From the NCBI RefSeq assembly GCF_009914755.1, contig NC_060933.1: a stretch of DNA of 64,000 bases; one strand, given 5' to 3'. Position numbers and translations under genes: made by a program. This document shows positions 1 through 14,084 of this stretch, one piece after another (the first letter of the stretch is position 1; each line of letters begins with the position of its first letter). The notes beneath the pieces were generated by a model. The model made no database searches and was not told where the DNA came from. It was given only the letters and a program-made list of their open reading frames with translations. The DNA comes from the human T2T-CHM13v2.0 reference genome, Homo sapiens.

Positions 1-2129
1 AGTTTCCTAGATACTGGTCCAACATCCAAAACTACATACAATAAATCACCAGTCAAATGCCATTCTACTACAGCCACCATGTGACCTGTAAAACATTAAT
101 ATATTACATCCTCTTTTCCCTATAAACCACTAATAATGCCCTGAGACATTCTGTTATTTCAGCATCAACTACCTAAGCTGGCACTCTCTTCATACACAAA
201 ACCAAGGCGAAAATCTTTTGAAGGATCATTTGCTCTGATTTTTTATTCCAAAAGCAGAGACATCTTAGACATCAGAACTGTCTGGTTTCCCATTAAAGAA
301 CAGATACACAGAAAAGCCAGGGGACAGCGTGGCCAGGACTGGGCCTCTGCTGTACACTCGAGTATGCCAGTGAAGGAAAGGCAGGTCAGAGAGGACGTGC
401 CCTCCACAAATGCAGGCTATGCTCCATGAGCAAGGGTGAGGCCTCAGAGAACTTACTCCAGTCAGGAGGAGAAGGAAGCCAAAGAGAAGAACAAGGGCCT
501 TCTGCTAAGCACCCGCCAGGTGCCATGCGGCCTATTTTAGGTCATTTCATCATCCTCATAGCAACCCACTAATGTGAGAAAGCTCCTTGTCTAGGACTAC
601 AGGAAACAAGCACAGGGGTGGGATTCCTGTCTCAGCTGTTGACCCTATGTCGCGCTCTCATACAAAAAGTCCTATATGCTACAATACAGTTGAGAGAGGA
701 CACGCAAGACCTTCCATGACCAGGTTTCTACCTCCTTCGGCTCCCTCCCATCCCCCATACACACCCCTGATACTCCACCAACACCACGCTGCCCATGATT
801 TCCTAAATGCCCGTGCCAGTTCAAGCCTATCTCACAGAGCACATGGCAGTCCACAGAACTCCCAGTCACCCTTCAAACTCCAGCTGAGAGATCACTTCTT
901 CCTAGAACCCTTCCTTGGTCACTCCCCTCCACAGGGTTTATCACTCTCATCTCTGCAACTTGTCCATCCTTTCATATCTGCAGCCTCCATCCCCAACAGT
1001 CTCTGACACATGGCAGCATTAGGAGAGACGCTTATTGAATGAAGCTGCACTAAAAGTGAGGCCAACTACCCAAATGAGGGAGCCAAAAAAAACTCTAAGC
1101 TGCCCCTGAAGGTGTGAGGATAGCAGTAAATGCCTGGATAAGGTGTAAAGCAATATTTATCGCCTAGTTTACCATACCAGGCTGAATATAAGACAAACTC
1201 AAGTGTAGAGCCAGTTCAATTTTCAAAAAGGAAAAAGGGCCTTAAAAACCACAAAACCAAGTCCTGTTATATGTCCTAGTCCAGTCCAAACCACTGTGAT
1301 ATCACAGGAGTGAATGGCCTTTCCTGGATTTCTGCACTATATTAATACTACTGACGCTCTCGGTCTCATCAGTAGTTTCCATGAAGCTGCTCCTTAGCAA
1401 CCTTCCCCAAGCCTGCCTTTCAGCACACCCACGGTTACTGAGTACCCAGTACTGCTTCCAGAACAAAGCTCTTTAAAACAGAAAAACAAGGTGCAATTCA
1501 GTGACCAGCACTTAGGTGAATGTAAGTGAGGACACTATGATGGCTACCTAGTCCCCTCAGACTGACCTCCTGCATCCACTGCCCTCCCCCAAGCCCACCT
1601 ACACACCCTGTTCAACACCCGCCACCCCAACCCACCAAGAAGCCGGGCTGTGGAGAGACAGGGAGGCAGGGAGGACAAATGTCTCTTTCCCTTTCACCTG
1701 CAGGGCACTCCCCCATCCACTGCAGACACTCCACAGCTGCTCCAGCTAGGTCCTCATTCAAAGCTCCTCCTGCAACCAATGCCCTGTGGAGTCCTGGAAA
1801 GAGCACCTGGCCTGCTTCCCAGCTCTGTCAGGGCCGGACTCACCCACAGACCCTCTTGTCACCCACATCTGCTGCGCCCCAGGAGAAGGAGTCCCAAGCA
1901 CCAGTTCCACAAGGACCACACCTCCAGCCAGTCTGTTACAATGAAACATCTTATAATAGCAGGCCCACTAGCTTATAAACAAAATTACTAGCTCCTTTAA
2001 GAATGTAAAATAAAAGCCCTGAAACTCCGAAAAATACATGCAACATGCAGAACATTAATAACTAAAAAGAGCTCACAGATAACTACATCAAGACTCCAAG
2101 AGAGAAGACAGTAGTTTACGAAAGAGAAA

Positions 2130-2815
2130 AGGTAGAGGCCTATATACATTAAGCAACACTGATCAAGTTCACTAGCAATCAAAGAAATATGAATTGAAGT
2201 AAAATAACTACCTTTTGCCTTTTTAATTAGCAAAGATTAAAAAGAATAATAGTGCTGACAAAGGTGTGATCAAATGGGTACTTTGACACACTTGGAGAAG
2301 CAGAAATGGATAGAACTCTTCTAATGGGCAATGTAGAAACATCGATTGGAAATCATACAGCTATACATACCCACCAAACCAGCAAATCTCTTAGGGACTT
2401 ATTCTAAAGAAACACATGGACAAGTACCCAAGTCACGTATCTTAAAAGATCATTGTTTAGATTAAAGGGGAAAAAAAAAATACCTGGAAGTAAATGTAAA
2501 GGTTCAACAATCAGGAGCCAGGGAAAATAAACAATAAAATACTATACACACAGACATTAAACATGACAAAGTAGAAGTACATTTTTTTGGCAATGGGAAG
2601 AGATCCATGCTATAGTATTTAGTGGGGGAAAAACATGTTCTAAAGCAAAATTAACAGACATGCTTATGCACTATATATTATACAAACCTGGAAGCATATA
2701 AATCAAAATATTAAGCTTATTTCTGGGTGGTGCTATTTTCTTTTTACTTGTATTTTTAAATTTTTCTTCAAAGTGCAGGCATTAATAGCAATTTTTTAAG
2801 GTATAAAAAATTGAA
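2130..2815 (+). mobile_element. Old L1M (L1ME-like) 3' fragment
   Basis: A-rich degenerate L1 ORF2-end/3'UTR-like sequence (tcactagcaatcaaagaaat...); boundaries approximate. Confidence 0.55.
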
Positions 2816-5800
2816 GAAAATCCAACATTGTGAGGGGATGGAAAAAACAAGCAAAAGACCAAGACTTTGCTAGCTGTCACAGTCTCCGTGTAACAGCAGC
2901 AGCAGGCAGCTTATTCCTTACATTTGTATACAAGGGCCTAAAGGTCAATCCATGCATGAGTCAACAGACCCAAAGAACAACAGCAATCAATCATCACAAA
3001 CAAATACACCATGTCTCTCCTGCCTAACGTCCTTAGGAGGGCTTCCTTAGGACCGTCTTAGAGGTACAATCATCTTAATAATGAAGTCCTCTGAGCGTTT
3101 CAGCATGGGGCTAGACCCCACTTATCCAGAAGTGTACTCTTGGCAAACACAGCACTGAACAAACTACAACAGATGCACACGGTACTTAAGAACTTTCACA
3201 GCACAGTCACATCAGTTTTGTTTGCTCTTCAGGCATGGCAAGTAGTAGTAGTCCCATTTTACAAAAGGAGAATAAAGCTCAAAGATAAGGAACGTGCCCA
3301 GATCACACAGCCAGTGATAAGCAAATCTGGGATTCTGAAGCCAGATCTTTCTGAATTTAAAGTGTGCGATGTTCTTTCCATTCCACCACGTTTGCCTCTT
3401 AAATAGCAAAGCCAAATGCTTGAAATCAAGATTAGCAAGTAAGCCTGGGAGATGGAGCTATCTTTTCTTAGCTCCCCACCCCAAAAAAGCATGCTTTCAA
3501 ACTTGCTTCTTCTTTAGATTTCAGCTCGATTACCACACACATCTGGATATAGTTAATTTGTGTTGTTTTGCTTGGAAATTCAAATGAGACTGGAATTTAG
3601 TTAAATGTTTTAAATGATTAAACATATGCCATTCACTGTTTAGCAATGCCACTCAAGTATCTGTTATAACAGCATTTATTTTAAAATAGTCTCATTCAAA
3701 AAAAAAAAAAACCTAAAATTAGTCTCCATTTTCTAAAACCTCTGAAGGTGTTTCGATCTTAGCTTACCAGGATTAGTAACTCACTTTGAAACTAACTTTT
3801 TCTGAGCGAACAATCCAATTCAGGATGAAATCTGAAATTTTACAATCTAGATATTGCTTTTACTTGTTCTGTACATTTAAATGTGTTATTTTTCTATGTC
3901 AGAGTTCACTAAAATACTCAACAAACTTAGCAATTCTATAATCTATGTTATTAGATATGCTAAAGAAACAGTAAAAGACTGAAATAATTTCCTAAAACCT
4001 GCTGCTTCTAAGTCAAAAGCTAGGAAGGACCTGAAAGGTAGAAATTTGCTTTTTCTAATAAGGTGCTCACTAACTCTCAAACTGGGGAAGGGGAAAACAT
4101 TCATTGACGGTCTTAGGTCCTGGACCCTGAACTCAAGTACTGGGAGTATTTGGCCCTTTTACAGACAAGGAAATTGAGACTCAACTGGTTCCAAATAGTT
4201 TGCCCATGGCAAGAGTCAATGAGAAGCGGAGCCAAGCTTTAAACCTAGGTCCTATTCTGAAGCATGGGTTCTCAAGCTCATGCACCCTTCAGAAGGGCAA
4301 CTTCCCACTCTTTCTTCAAACAACCCATTCCCAGGTGCCCACGCAGGAGCAGCAGGCTCTGGGAACACCAAGAGGCACAAGAGGTGGCCCGGCTCTGGCG
4401 CTCCCTAGCTGGGCATATCACTCCGAGCTCTGCAAAGCTGCCAAAGTTGCTCCAGGAGGCACAAGCAACTGCATCAAGCACAGCGTGAATGATGCAACCG
4501 GAAACCGAGGGGCACAGCAGCCCTACTGAACTAGGTTCCTTCCCCGCACAAGAGGGCAGGGGACAGGAGGTGCCTTCCTCAAAGGGTGGCTCTGAGGGTT
4601 ACACAAGATGGCACGTGTAAAGCAAAATGCTGGGGACACTAAAAGTTCAAGAAAAGCTGGCTGATGAAATTCCTCTCCGACAAGCTCCTGGTCCTCCAGG
4701 CAGCTATTTTATACAATCACTCTCAGCAAGTCCCAGGGTTGGCAGCTTTCATGGAAATAGAGGTCTTCAGAATTTCTTTCTCAAAGTCATGAAGTTATGA
4801 GAGGCAGCAGGAAATGGATTTCTACTGCTTTTCCCCAAATCAATTTAACCAGATCGTCTCAGGAAAAAAAGCTGCTCCTTCTGCTAAAGAGCGGTCCATT
4901 TTAAGCAGCCAAGGACCTGTTTGCCACCATGGCCTGCCAAGGTGTAAGATGTATGCGGCGATAACAGAGTCACACACAGGACTTTCTAATCCATCAGTGT
5001 CAGCTCTCCCTGACAGAGCGCTTACTCACACTTGCTCATTGTTAGTCAACTGGCCACTCATCCTGGGTAAAATTTGGTGCTTTCCACAGACCCACAGACT
5101 GGGATCATTTTTCACTCCATTCCTGCCTCCAAGGCCTCATCTCCTAGTACTGGTGCTTGCTCTGGAGGCCAACAATGCCAATGTGTGCAGAGCTGATTGA
5201 TGAATATAAAATAAGGCGGGCACCAGGGGACCATATCCAGCCACTAGAGAGCAGTGGAGCACCTCTCACTGCTCGGTAAAACAGACGCAGGCTTTAAATG
5301 GTTTAATTGTATGCATGCATTTCATTATAAGTCCTGGCCAAAAGCTTCCCGGCGAGGCAAGCCAAGCAATCAGACAATCTTGCATCGCTTGCTGAAATCC
5401 AGATTTGTCCTTTGTCAGCATAAACAGTTTAATTTGATGTTTTCACTCCTGAGTAAGCACTGAGTATTACATTTAAACCCCTCATGAGGGAGAAGAATGC
5501 TTCCTTTTCATCAGCAAATGTACCTCAATGTCAAAGTCTACCTTTTATTCCCAATGAATTTAAAAAAGTATTCCATTTAATTTGCTAAAAATATTTGTAA
5601 GGCATCCAACAATTTCACTCAAAAGCTAATTCCTCAAAAAACGGAGTTCCTTTTCTAAATGTAATATAGTCAAAGAGGAGTTACATTTTACCCTAATAAT
5701 TTAAAACACCACTTGAAGGGAAAAGGGATTTTTCTTATAATTGCAACTGCAACATCTCATTGACCTGACAGGTTATAAACACTTATTCTTCAGAAAAGAC

Positions 5801-7253
5801 TAACAATCACGGCATCAGGGCCTAAAATGTGAGAGGTTTTATTTCATTAATGCATTTTAATGAAATGTCACAAGATATGGAGAGAGAACATTTTTTCCTT
5901 AAAACATAGGTGTCACCTACCCCTGTTTAGAGGACAAAATGGAGGACGAAAATGACCCTAAAATGCACCTATCTTAATCAGTCCCCTGCACCACGAGGCC
6001 ACACCGGGAAACCGAAGCTGAGTGCAAGGCATACACCCTGCCCTGCTGCCGCAGGAACGCAGGGCAGTGGGAGCTGGCAAGTCTCTTAAAGGTCCCCTTT
6101 ACTCAGGTCCATATTTCAAAATAACTTCCCAAACTTCAGGGCATTCCACTTTAATTGATGGACTAGACAGTATTATTTTCATTGTATGGATGGAAGAAGC
6201 TAAAGTTCACAGAAAGGAAGGAGGCTACCCAAAGTCATGCAGCCAGGAATGGCAGCATGGGTACATGAACTCAGATCTGGTTAACAGCAAATCCCTCATT
6301 CTGTGAACTACACAGTGAAAAGCCTTCTGATGGCTAAGATGACTTTCCACGTAGTCTGACCAATGAGGAAGTAAAAGGCATCAAGCACTAGGTCATAAGC
6401 ATATAAAGGCACTTTCCTTTAGCAGGGGCGACTCTGGTCCAATTCTGAAACAAGAGCAGATAAAGATGAGCTGGTTAACCTCACTCTCTCTCAGTGGGGT
6501 TTAAAGCAAAGAACTTTAAACTGAGCATTTCCTTTAACTGTTCTGAAAAGTGCTCTGGCAAGGGCTTTTACTTGGTTGTAGGCTGAGGACAATTCAAATC
6601 AGGAGACTTTGTGGTAAAATGTCAGAGCAGGGAAAAAAGGAGGAAGAGCACCCATACATTAATTCAATACCTCACCATTTTGTCTATAAAAGGTGTTTAA
6701 TATTTTTTTACACAGAATCAAGAACAAAATCCAATCTAATTAGAATAAATTAAGAACTGGCAAGGGCTGACTATATTACATTTCCTGTAACAATATGAAT
6801 TTTAGAAGTAAGTATTTTCTCATTTCCTGATATCACGGCACCATCTATTGGCTTAGTACCACCTTTGCAGCAACCAAGAAACAAGATGCATTCATTCAAC
6901 TTTCACGGGCTTTTGGTTCCCAGCTGTTTTATTCCTGGCACTCCACCGCAACATAATTTTAAGATATAAAATCCATTCACTGCACATTTTAAATCTTCTA
7001 AAATGCATCTTATATTAATCAAAGCAGGAAAAAGTGCCAGAGAAATCTTGACACAGAGAGCTACACACAGAAAAATGTATTGACACTAAAACTATCAAAA
7101 TACTATGCACCAAACATCTACTACATGCTACATACAAAAGACTTTTATGTTTGGTATCTCACTTCATGCTCACACATGAAGTAAGCATTACAGAAGAAAT
7201 CAATGTTCACAGTCAAACAGCTAAATGAATGTTAGACTTAAGATATGAACCCA

Positions 7254-7563
<310 letters not shown>

Positions 7564-8301
7564 TTAATTATTATTTTTTAAAAAGATCTGAACCCTATTT
7601 GACTTCAAAAACCAGTTTTCATGCAGCCACACTGCCTCAAAAAATGGCCAAAAGCAACATATCCACATAAAAAGCACACAGTGATGTACAGAGCGTGCAC
7701 ACATAAAACGCGACGCTTCAGCACCCCAATAACCCTGTGACCTTCCCAAGTCAAAAAAAGTAGCTTCATTTTAGAAATAGGGGTTATGAGGTTCCAGAGG
7801 TTAGGTGACTAGGCTCTCTGGTCAAGCAGAGCTGGGACCAAAGCAAGGGCTTCCACCTCTTTTTCTAGAATCCTAAGTGATACTTCATTCAGGGGTTTTC
7901 AGAAAAGGCAGTCACTGGCTGTGTGGACAAAGCTCCTGCTGGAATAGGGTCTCCTACACCAGCACAGCTCCTCCCTTGCCCAGCCCCTGGCCCACGGAGA
8001 GCAGGGACACAGGGGCAATCCAGTTCCTATGGAGACACATGCTTCTAAAGCCTCTTATACACAGTCAACCACATGGCTGACCCCAGAGCAGGCAGAAGAA
8101 TTTCCAGCAACACACGGCTATGAAGTCCATATATACGTGCCCTCTGAGGTTTTTATGAAGTAAACATGCTGCTAAATTTGCACCCAATTTAACAGTTGAA
8201 AATGAATATAGACGAAACATTTGCCATCTTAAAGTGCACTAATTTGATCCTGTGCAGGACAACTTTCAAAATCAAGTCATGTGGAGGTATCAAAATATCT
8301 A

Positions 8302-8415
8302 TACAAAGGTTGTACTTGAGTATAAAAATACAGAAAAGGTTGTACTTTAGCATAAAAATACAGAAAAGGTTGTACTTTAGTGTAAAAATACAGAAAAGGC
8401 TGTACTTTAGCGTAA
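8302..8415. repeat. 30-bp minisatellite, about 3.5 copies
   Basis: Unit TGTACTTTAGCATAAAAATACAGAAAAGGT starting at 8311, 8341 and 8371, partial at 8401. Confidence 0.95.
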
Positions 8416-9936
8416 CGATGGCAAATCTGAACTCCCTATCCATGTTCCTAAGTTCTCACTTAATTGTAAGATTCTTCTGCCCACAAGGTGAGACATCCAG
8501 CATGCTTACTACTCTGTCCCACATCTTTCTCACTGCTCAGAGGCCCTGTAAACTGGGACTTAGTAGGTGCATTCCAGTAATTAGGAAACTGTATAACCAG
8601 TTTATCTGGAGAGAGAATTCTACCTGGATGGCCCTGGCAGTGACCCCAAGTCTTTCCTAATGGTGCATAGCAATGTTTATTCCTTAAGTCAGTATTCCTA
8701 AATTGTCCAAGGACCTCATTTTCAGGAATGTCATGCTTGAAATTTTATTCATGTTAATTCTCTATGTGGATAAGCAGGCAAAAACAAAAATTTTATATAC
8801 CTTGCCAATGCTGCTACAAGGAACACTGCCAAGCTAATAGCAAAAGATGGTCCCCAAGCTTCTTCTGACACTACTTCAGCTTGCCTAATAAAGAAAAGCT
8901 GGCAAGTTCAAAGAATAAGCTAATTAATCTGAGAATTAAAAGAACCCACATTATGTCTATAAAAACATAACTAAAATGCTTTCCCTTTCCTAATAAAGTC
9001 AAAAAATCTTGCCTAGCTTTTAACAATCAAATGAATCGATCACCAGTAGCCTCTTCCAAATTACTCTCTTAAAAAAGAAGTAAATGAAACCGACGGGATC
9101 CTTTTTCTTTTTGGAGAATAAGCCACATGCCATGTACCAACAGGAAAAAGTCAGAAACTGAGGTTCCCATTCTCACTCACATACTTCCTTACTTGTGGTT
9201 CAAGTAACCTCTCTGAGCCTCAGTTTCCTCATCTTTAAGACAGGGATGATGGCACCCACCTCACAGTGGTGCAAAGATTGTATCAGTAAAGCATCCCACA
9301 ACAGGTGTAGGTGCTACAGCTGGATGAACGCTGCTCTCATTGTAGTCAATGTGATGTTCACAAAGAAGGTTTTAGGGCAGAAACTGTCCAGGGGCCACAC
9401 CACCAGGAGTCTGATATATTAGTCTCCCAAATAAACTCTCAGGAAGGCCAGTCCTCAGAGAGTCCTGCTCCTGGACCCAGCGCTCAATGCAGATCAGCTG
9501 TGCCTCAAGTTAAAGATGCGCAAGACAAGACAGGTGTCTTCTATTCAATGTAAATTAAGAGCAGCCTTCAGGCGCCTGGCTAGTAGCCAATACAGGCCCA
9601 TGGGTAGACAAAATTTAGACACCCTTGTCTTCTGGTTAATTTATAGCTTCCAGCTCTTACTGTCAAATCACTCAGAAAAAAGAAAAAAAAAGATTAATTA
9701 CAAAGTTTTGCTTTTATTCTTCATAATAAAAAACTCACAATCTAACTAAAACATGAGAATTCAGATGAAATATTCATTTTCTCACTTAAGCTACAATTAC
9801 AGAAAGCCTTGATTCCACAGTGAATGCTAATGTTCCATGGAGGCATTTCATTTAGGAGGACCTTCTATTTTATCTGGAGTGTGAGGTTTGGTTTGTAGCT
9901 CACTCAAAATAATAAGCATGAGTTAAAACAAAATCC

Positions 9937-10246
<310 letters not shown>

Positions 10247-13200
10247 TTAGCAATTCTGAGTTCTCTCTCAATACCCAACTCCTCACTCCCTCGAAAGGAA
10301 AGGGTAAAGAAGGCAGGGAGGGGAGGGGTGAAAGAAGGTTAGGGAAAGAAAAAAGAGACAAAACAACAAAAATCAAACTCAGATTAGGAAGAAAGCCAGC
10401 CCTGCACAGCTACGACCACGGAACAATGGCTGAAAGAAACTAAGAGAGCCACAGAGACAAAGCCCAGGCGAGTACAAAACCGTGATCTTACATTCTCTGT
10501 AAAGAGCTCCTCTTCACAATGGACTTGGATTGGAAAGAAACAAAAAGTAAAAATCACGTTGTTTTTGGGTAGTAAAATTGTGGAGATATATATGCATATA
10601 TATAGTTTAATTTCCTTTGCTGCAATAAGGCTGTTTCAGTAAATACTGTTTTCAACATGCAGGACAGAGAACCTATGCAGAGAACAGTCAAAAATACAAA
10701 ATCCAGTAAGTGCCCTTCGGGAATCTGTATAAATATTTTTAGTATTCAGAAGCAAGGCTTAATAGCTAAGTGAAATCACATCTGTAGGATGATAAAATCA
10801 CAGCAGCTGTGTTGTACTGGGGCTTGCCAGAGATGGAAGACAAGGGTTCAAATCCCAGCTTTGTCACTTATGGGGCTGAGTGACACTAGGTAAGTTGCTA
10901 AATCTCTCTAACTTTCAGGTTTCTCGTCAGTAAAATAGCAATAATAGCATCCCTTACACTGAATTTTAACTGAAAATAATGTGCCAGCACCCAGCAGACT
11001 CTGGCACAGAGACATTCCCATAAATATGCTTTAAATTCAAAATAATACTAAGCTTTAACCAAAAAAAAAAAAAAAAAAGTAAAAGGACCTGTCACATTTA
11101 CAACACTTACAGCTAAACTGGGACCACACAAATGGAACACAATCTAAACCAACTGCATTCCAGGGGTGCTGCAAACTGCTAGTTCACAAACAATGAACAG
11201 CGGCTAAGGTTTCTAACACTAAGTTTCAGACATTCTTTAGCACAAACAAGTTGGAGAATCAGAAAATTAATTCACCATCAAATATTCACTGAGTTGCACA
11301 GGGCTCCGTGAGACCCTGAGAGTGAGGCACAGAAGCTGCTCTCAGAGGTCTAGAATTGTGCAGGGGCAGGAGGGACAATGCCTAGGGGAAGCAAAGTGGG
11401 GCCAAGGCGGGAGTCCTGGGATCCTGCTTCACTCCTGGCAGGGACTTGCTAACTCCGCCAGGGGCAGCCAGGAGGGAATGGCTTCTGGGCCACACTCAGG
11501 ATGAGGAGGAGGAACACTCCAGGCAGAAAATGTGTTTCTGAAAGGAGGCAGCAACGGCTGTTAGGCTCTCTTCAGAGGAGGGCGAGGGGGCTGCTGCCAC
11601 TGAAGCCCAGGGCACAAGGGAAGGAAGAACAGGAAATGAGATGAGAAAAAGGGCCTAGAGCCCAACTGAAAAGGGAGATGGCCCCAAATGAAGGCGTGAC
11701 TGCAACACTGCAGCCAAGAGCCGCAAGGAGCTGGCGCTGAGGAACGCCAGGAGAGAATGACGACAGAAACCCAGGATGTGGCCCAGGGGTTAGCTGCTGT
11801 CTGAGAGGTCTCTGTAATGACAGTGGCCATCCCTACCGCCACCACCACTGGATTCGTCCTCACCCTCAACATTTCTGGCCAGGATGCAAGCTCCCTCCCT
11901 GCCCCAGGCCTCTCACGCCACTGCTCCCCACAGCTGTCAGCTGCTCCTTCTAACAAGCGAACCTAATCCTCTCATTCCCTGGCTTGAAAGAGCAGGAGAC
12001 CTCCAGGACAAAATCAAAACAGCTCTGCCTGCAGCGTCTGGACCCCCGAGGCCTGCTTTCCAGCCTTGCCTCTGCTCCAAACTCCCAACATCCATCCCTC
12101 TTCCACCCTCCCCATCTTTGCTTCTGCTGCACCCCCTGCATGGGTCCCTTGCCCCACCCCCACTCACTGCTCCTGCCGCACCCATGCAGCAAACTCTGGC
12201 CTTTCAGTGCTTAACCACACGGAGCCCTTGTGCACCACAGGCCTGAGGTCTATCCCTCGGGGGTAAGGGGTGCATTGCAAATTCCTACTCATCCCTCAGG
12301 CGTTTAAGTGTTCTTTCTTCCCACTTTCACCCATCAGACTGGCAAAAATACTCAGCATCCGTGAGGTGGTGGGAGACAAGCGTCCTTGTATTCTCTAGTG
12401 GGAGTATAAACTCGTGCCAGCTTTTTGGACAGCAATTTGGCAATAGCTCTCAAAAGGTAAAATGCACTGTCCCTTTTCTGGGCTGCCCAGCAGCTGTATT
12501 TCCTGCCTCTGTCCGGAGAATTCCACTGCCATCTGAGCTGAGGCTGAGCTTCACCAATCAGAAGCACCCACCTTCCCCATGAGGAACTCTCTGGTGGTGG
12601 AAGGGATGGCAGGAAGGCTCAGTTCTGTGGCAGCCAGGGTCCGGCACCAGCTGTGCCCGCAGCATAGACTGAGACACTGTTCTTGGCCCCAAACCCAGTT
12701 CTTGCCCTCCCAACTACATTGTGAGCCACCTGCTATACTTTTCTCAAAAATCCCTCTCTTCCTTAAATCATCCAGTGACTCAACTGCTTGCAACAGAGAA
12801 TTCTGGCCGAAACATGTGTACACCTTAATCCAGAAATTCCACTGCTAAGAATTTATCTAAATGAAGTACGTATTTATACAAGTAGACCAAGACACATTTG
12901 TTACCAAAATATGAAAAACAAGATGTTCATCAGAAGAAGAATGGGTCAGCAAGCATGGTGTAGCCACATAATACAATTCTGTACAGCTTGCTATTATTAC
13001 AGAAATTCTATAGGCCCACGTAAGCTGATATAAACACTTCTTCAAAACGAGTTAATAGTAAGGGAAGAATATTATGTATAGCATGAGCTCATTTGTGTGT
13101 TTTTTTTAAAGGGGTAACTAGATGACAGAGAAGGAGATACGTGAAAGTTTATCATAACACATTTTCTGGAAAAAAATACAAACAATTCTTAACAGTGGTT

Positions 13201-13790
13201 ACTCTGGAGGGATGTGAAGGAGACTTTTCTTATAGTTCTTTGTCCCACTTGAATGTTCTGTCATGTTCATAAATTATGTTCAGTAGAAAATGCTTGAATG
13301 TCACTTGCTCAGAAAGGACTACACAAACACCCACCAGCCACACACTCCTTCCTATTATCCTCTCTAATGACTGTTCTTTTCCTCTGGGGCACTTACCACA
13401 ATGCATTCTTCTAGGTTCATGTGAATTTACCTGTCTAATACCTGTCTCCCTCACAAGACTATAGGCTCTGAGGCAGACGCTGTGTTAACCACTAATCTTC
13501 CCAGCTCCTAGCAAAGTGCTCCGCACTAGTGATGCTTAATACACATCAGACAAATGAATGAAGAGATCCAATCCTCCTTCTAAGACTCGGCTCAAGTGAA
13601 GTTCTTCCTGAATTATCCCAGCTTGGAAGTGACCTTTTCTCCCTTGGGTCCCCTCCTGCCCTCGTCAGTAGGTACATCTGTCTCCCCCATTAGACTGAGT
13701 ATCTGAGGACAAAGACCCTGATATTCACTTCTATCTGTGCTGCCTGCTATAGTGCCTTTACACAGAAGGCACTCACTAAAGAGCTGATGA

Positions 13791-14084
13791 GGCCGGGTGC
13801 AGTGGCTCACACCTGTAATCCTAGCACTTTGGGAGGCAGAGGCCGGCAGATCACGAGGTCAGGAGTTCCGTATCAGCCTGGCCAACACAGTGAAATCCCC
13901 TCTCTACTAAAAATACAAAAATTAGCTGAGCATGGTGGTGCATGCCTATAGTCCCAGCTACTCGGGAGGCTGAGGCAGGAGAATCACTTGAACCCGGGAA
14001 GCAGGGGTTGCAGCGAGCAGAGATCATGCCACTGCACACCAGACCGGGTGACAGTGCGAGACTCAGTCTCAAAAAAAAAAAAAA
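13791..14084 (+). mobile_element. Alu (AluS-like)
   Basis: GGCCGGGTGCAGTGGCTCAC start and A-tail; flanks share aaagagctgatga / aaaagctgataa. Confidence 0.92.

Noticed and set aside
1418-1440. REST/RE1-like sequence TTCAGCACACCCACGG
   Set aside because: Spacing is wrong and the GGACAG half-site is missing.
8302-8415. CRISPR-like array
   Set aside because: Head-to-tail repeats with no unique spacers, in primate DNA: a minisatellite.
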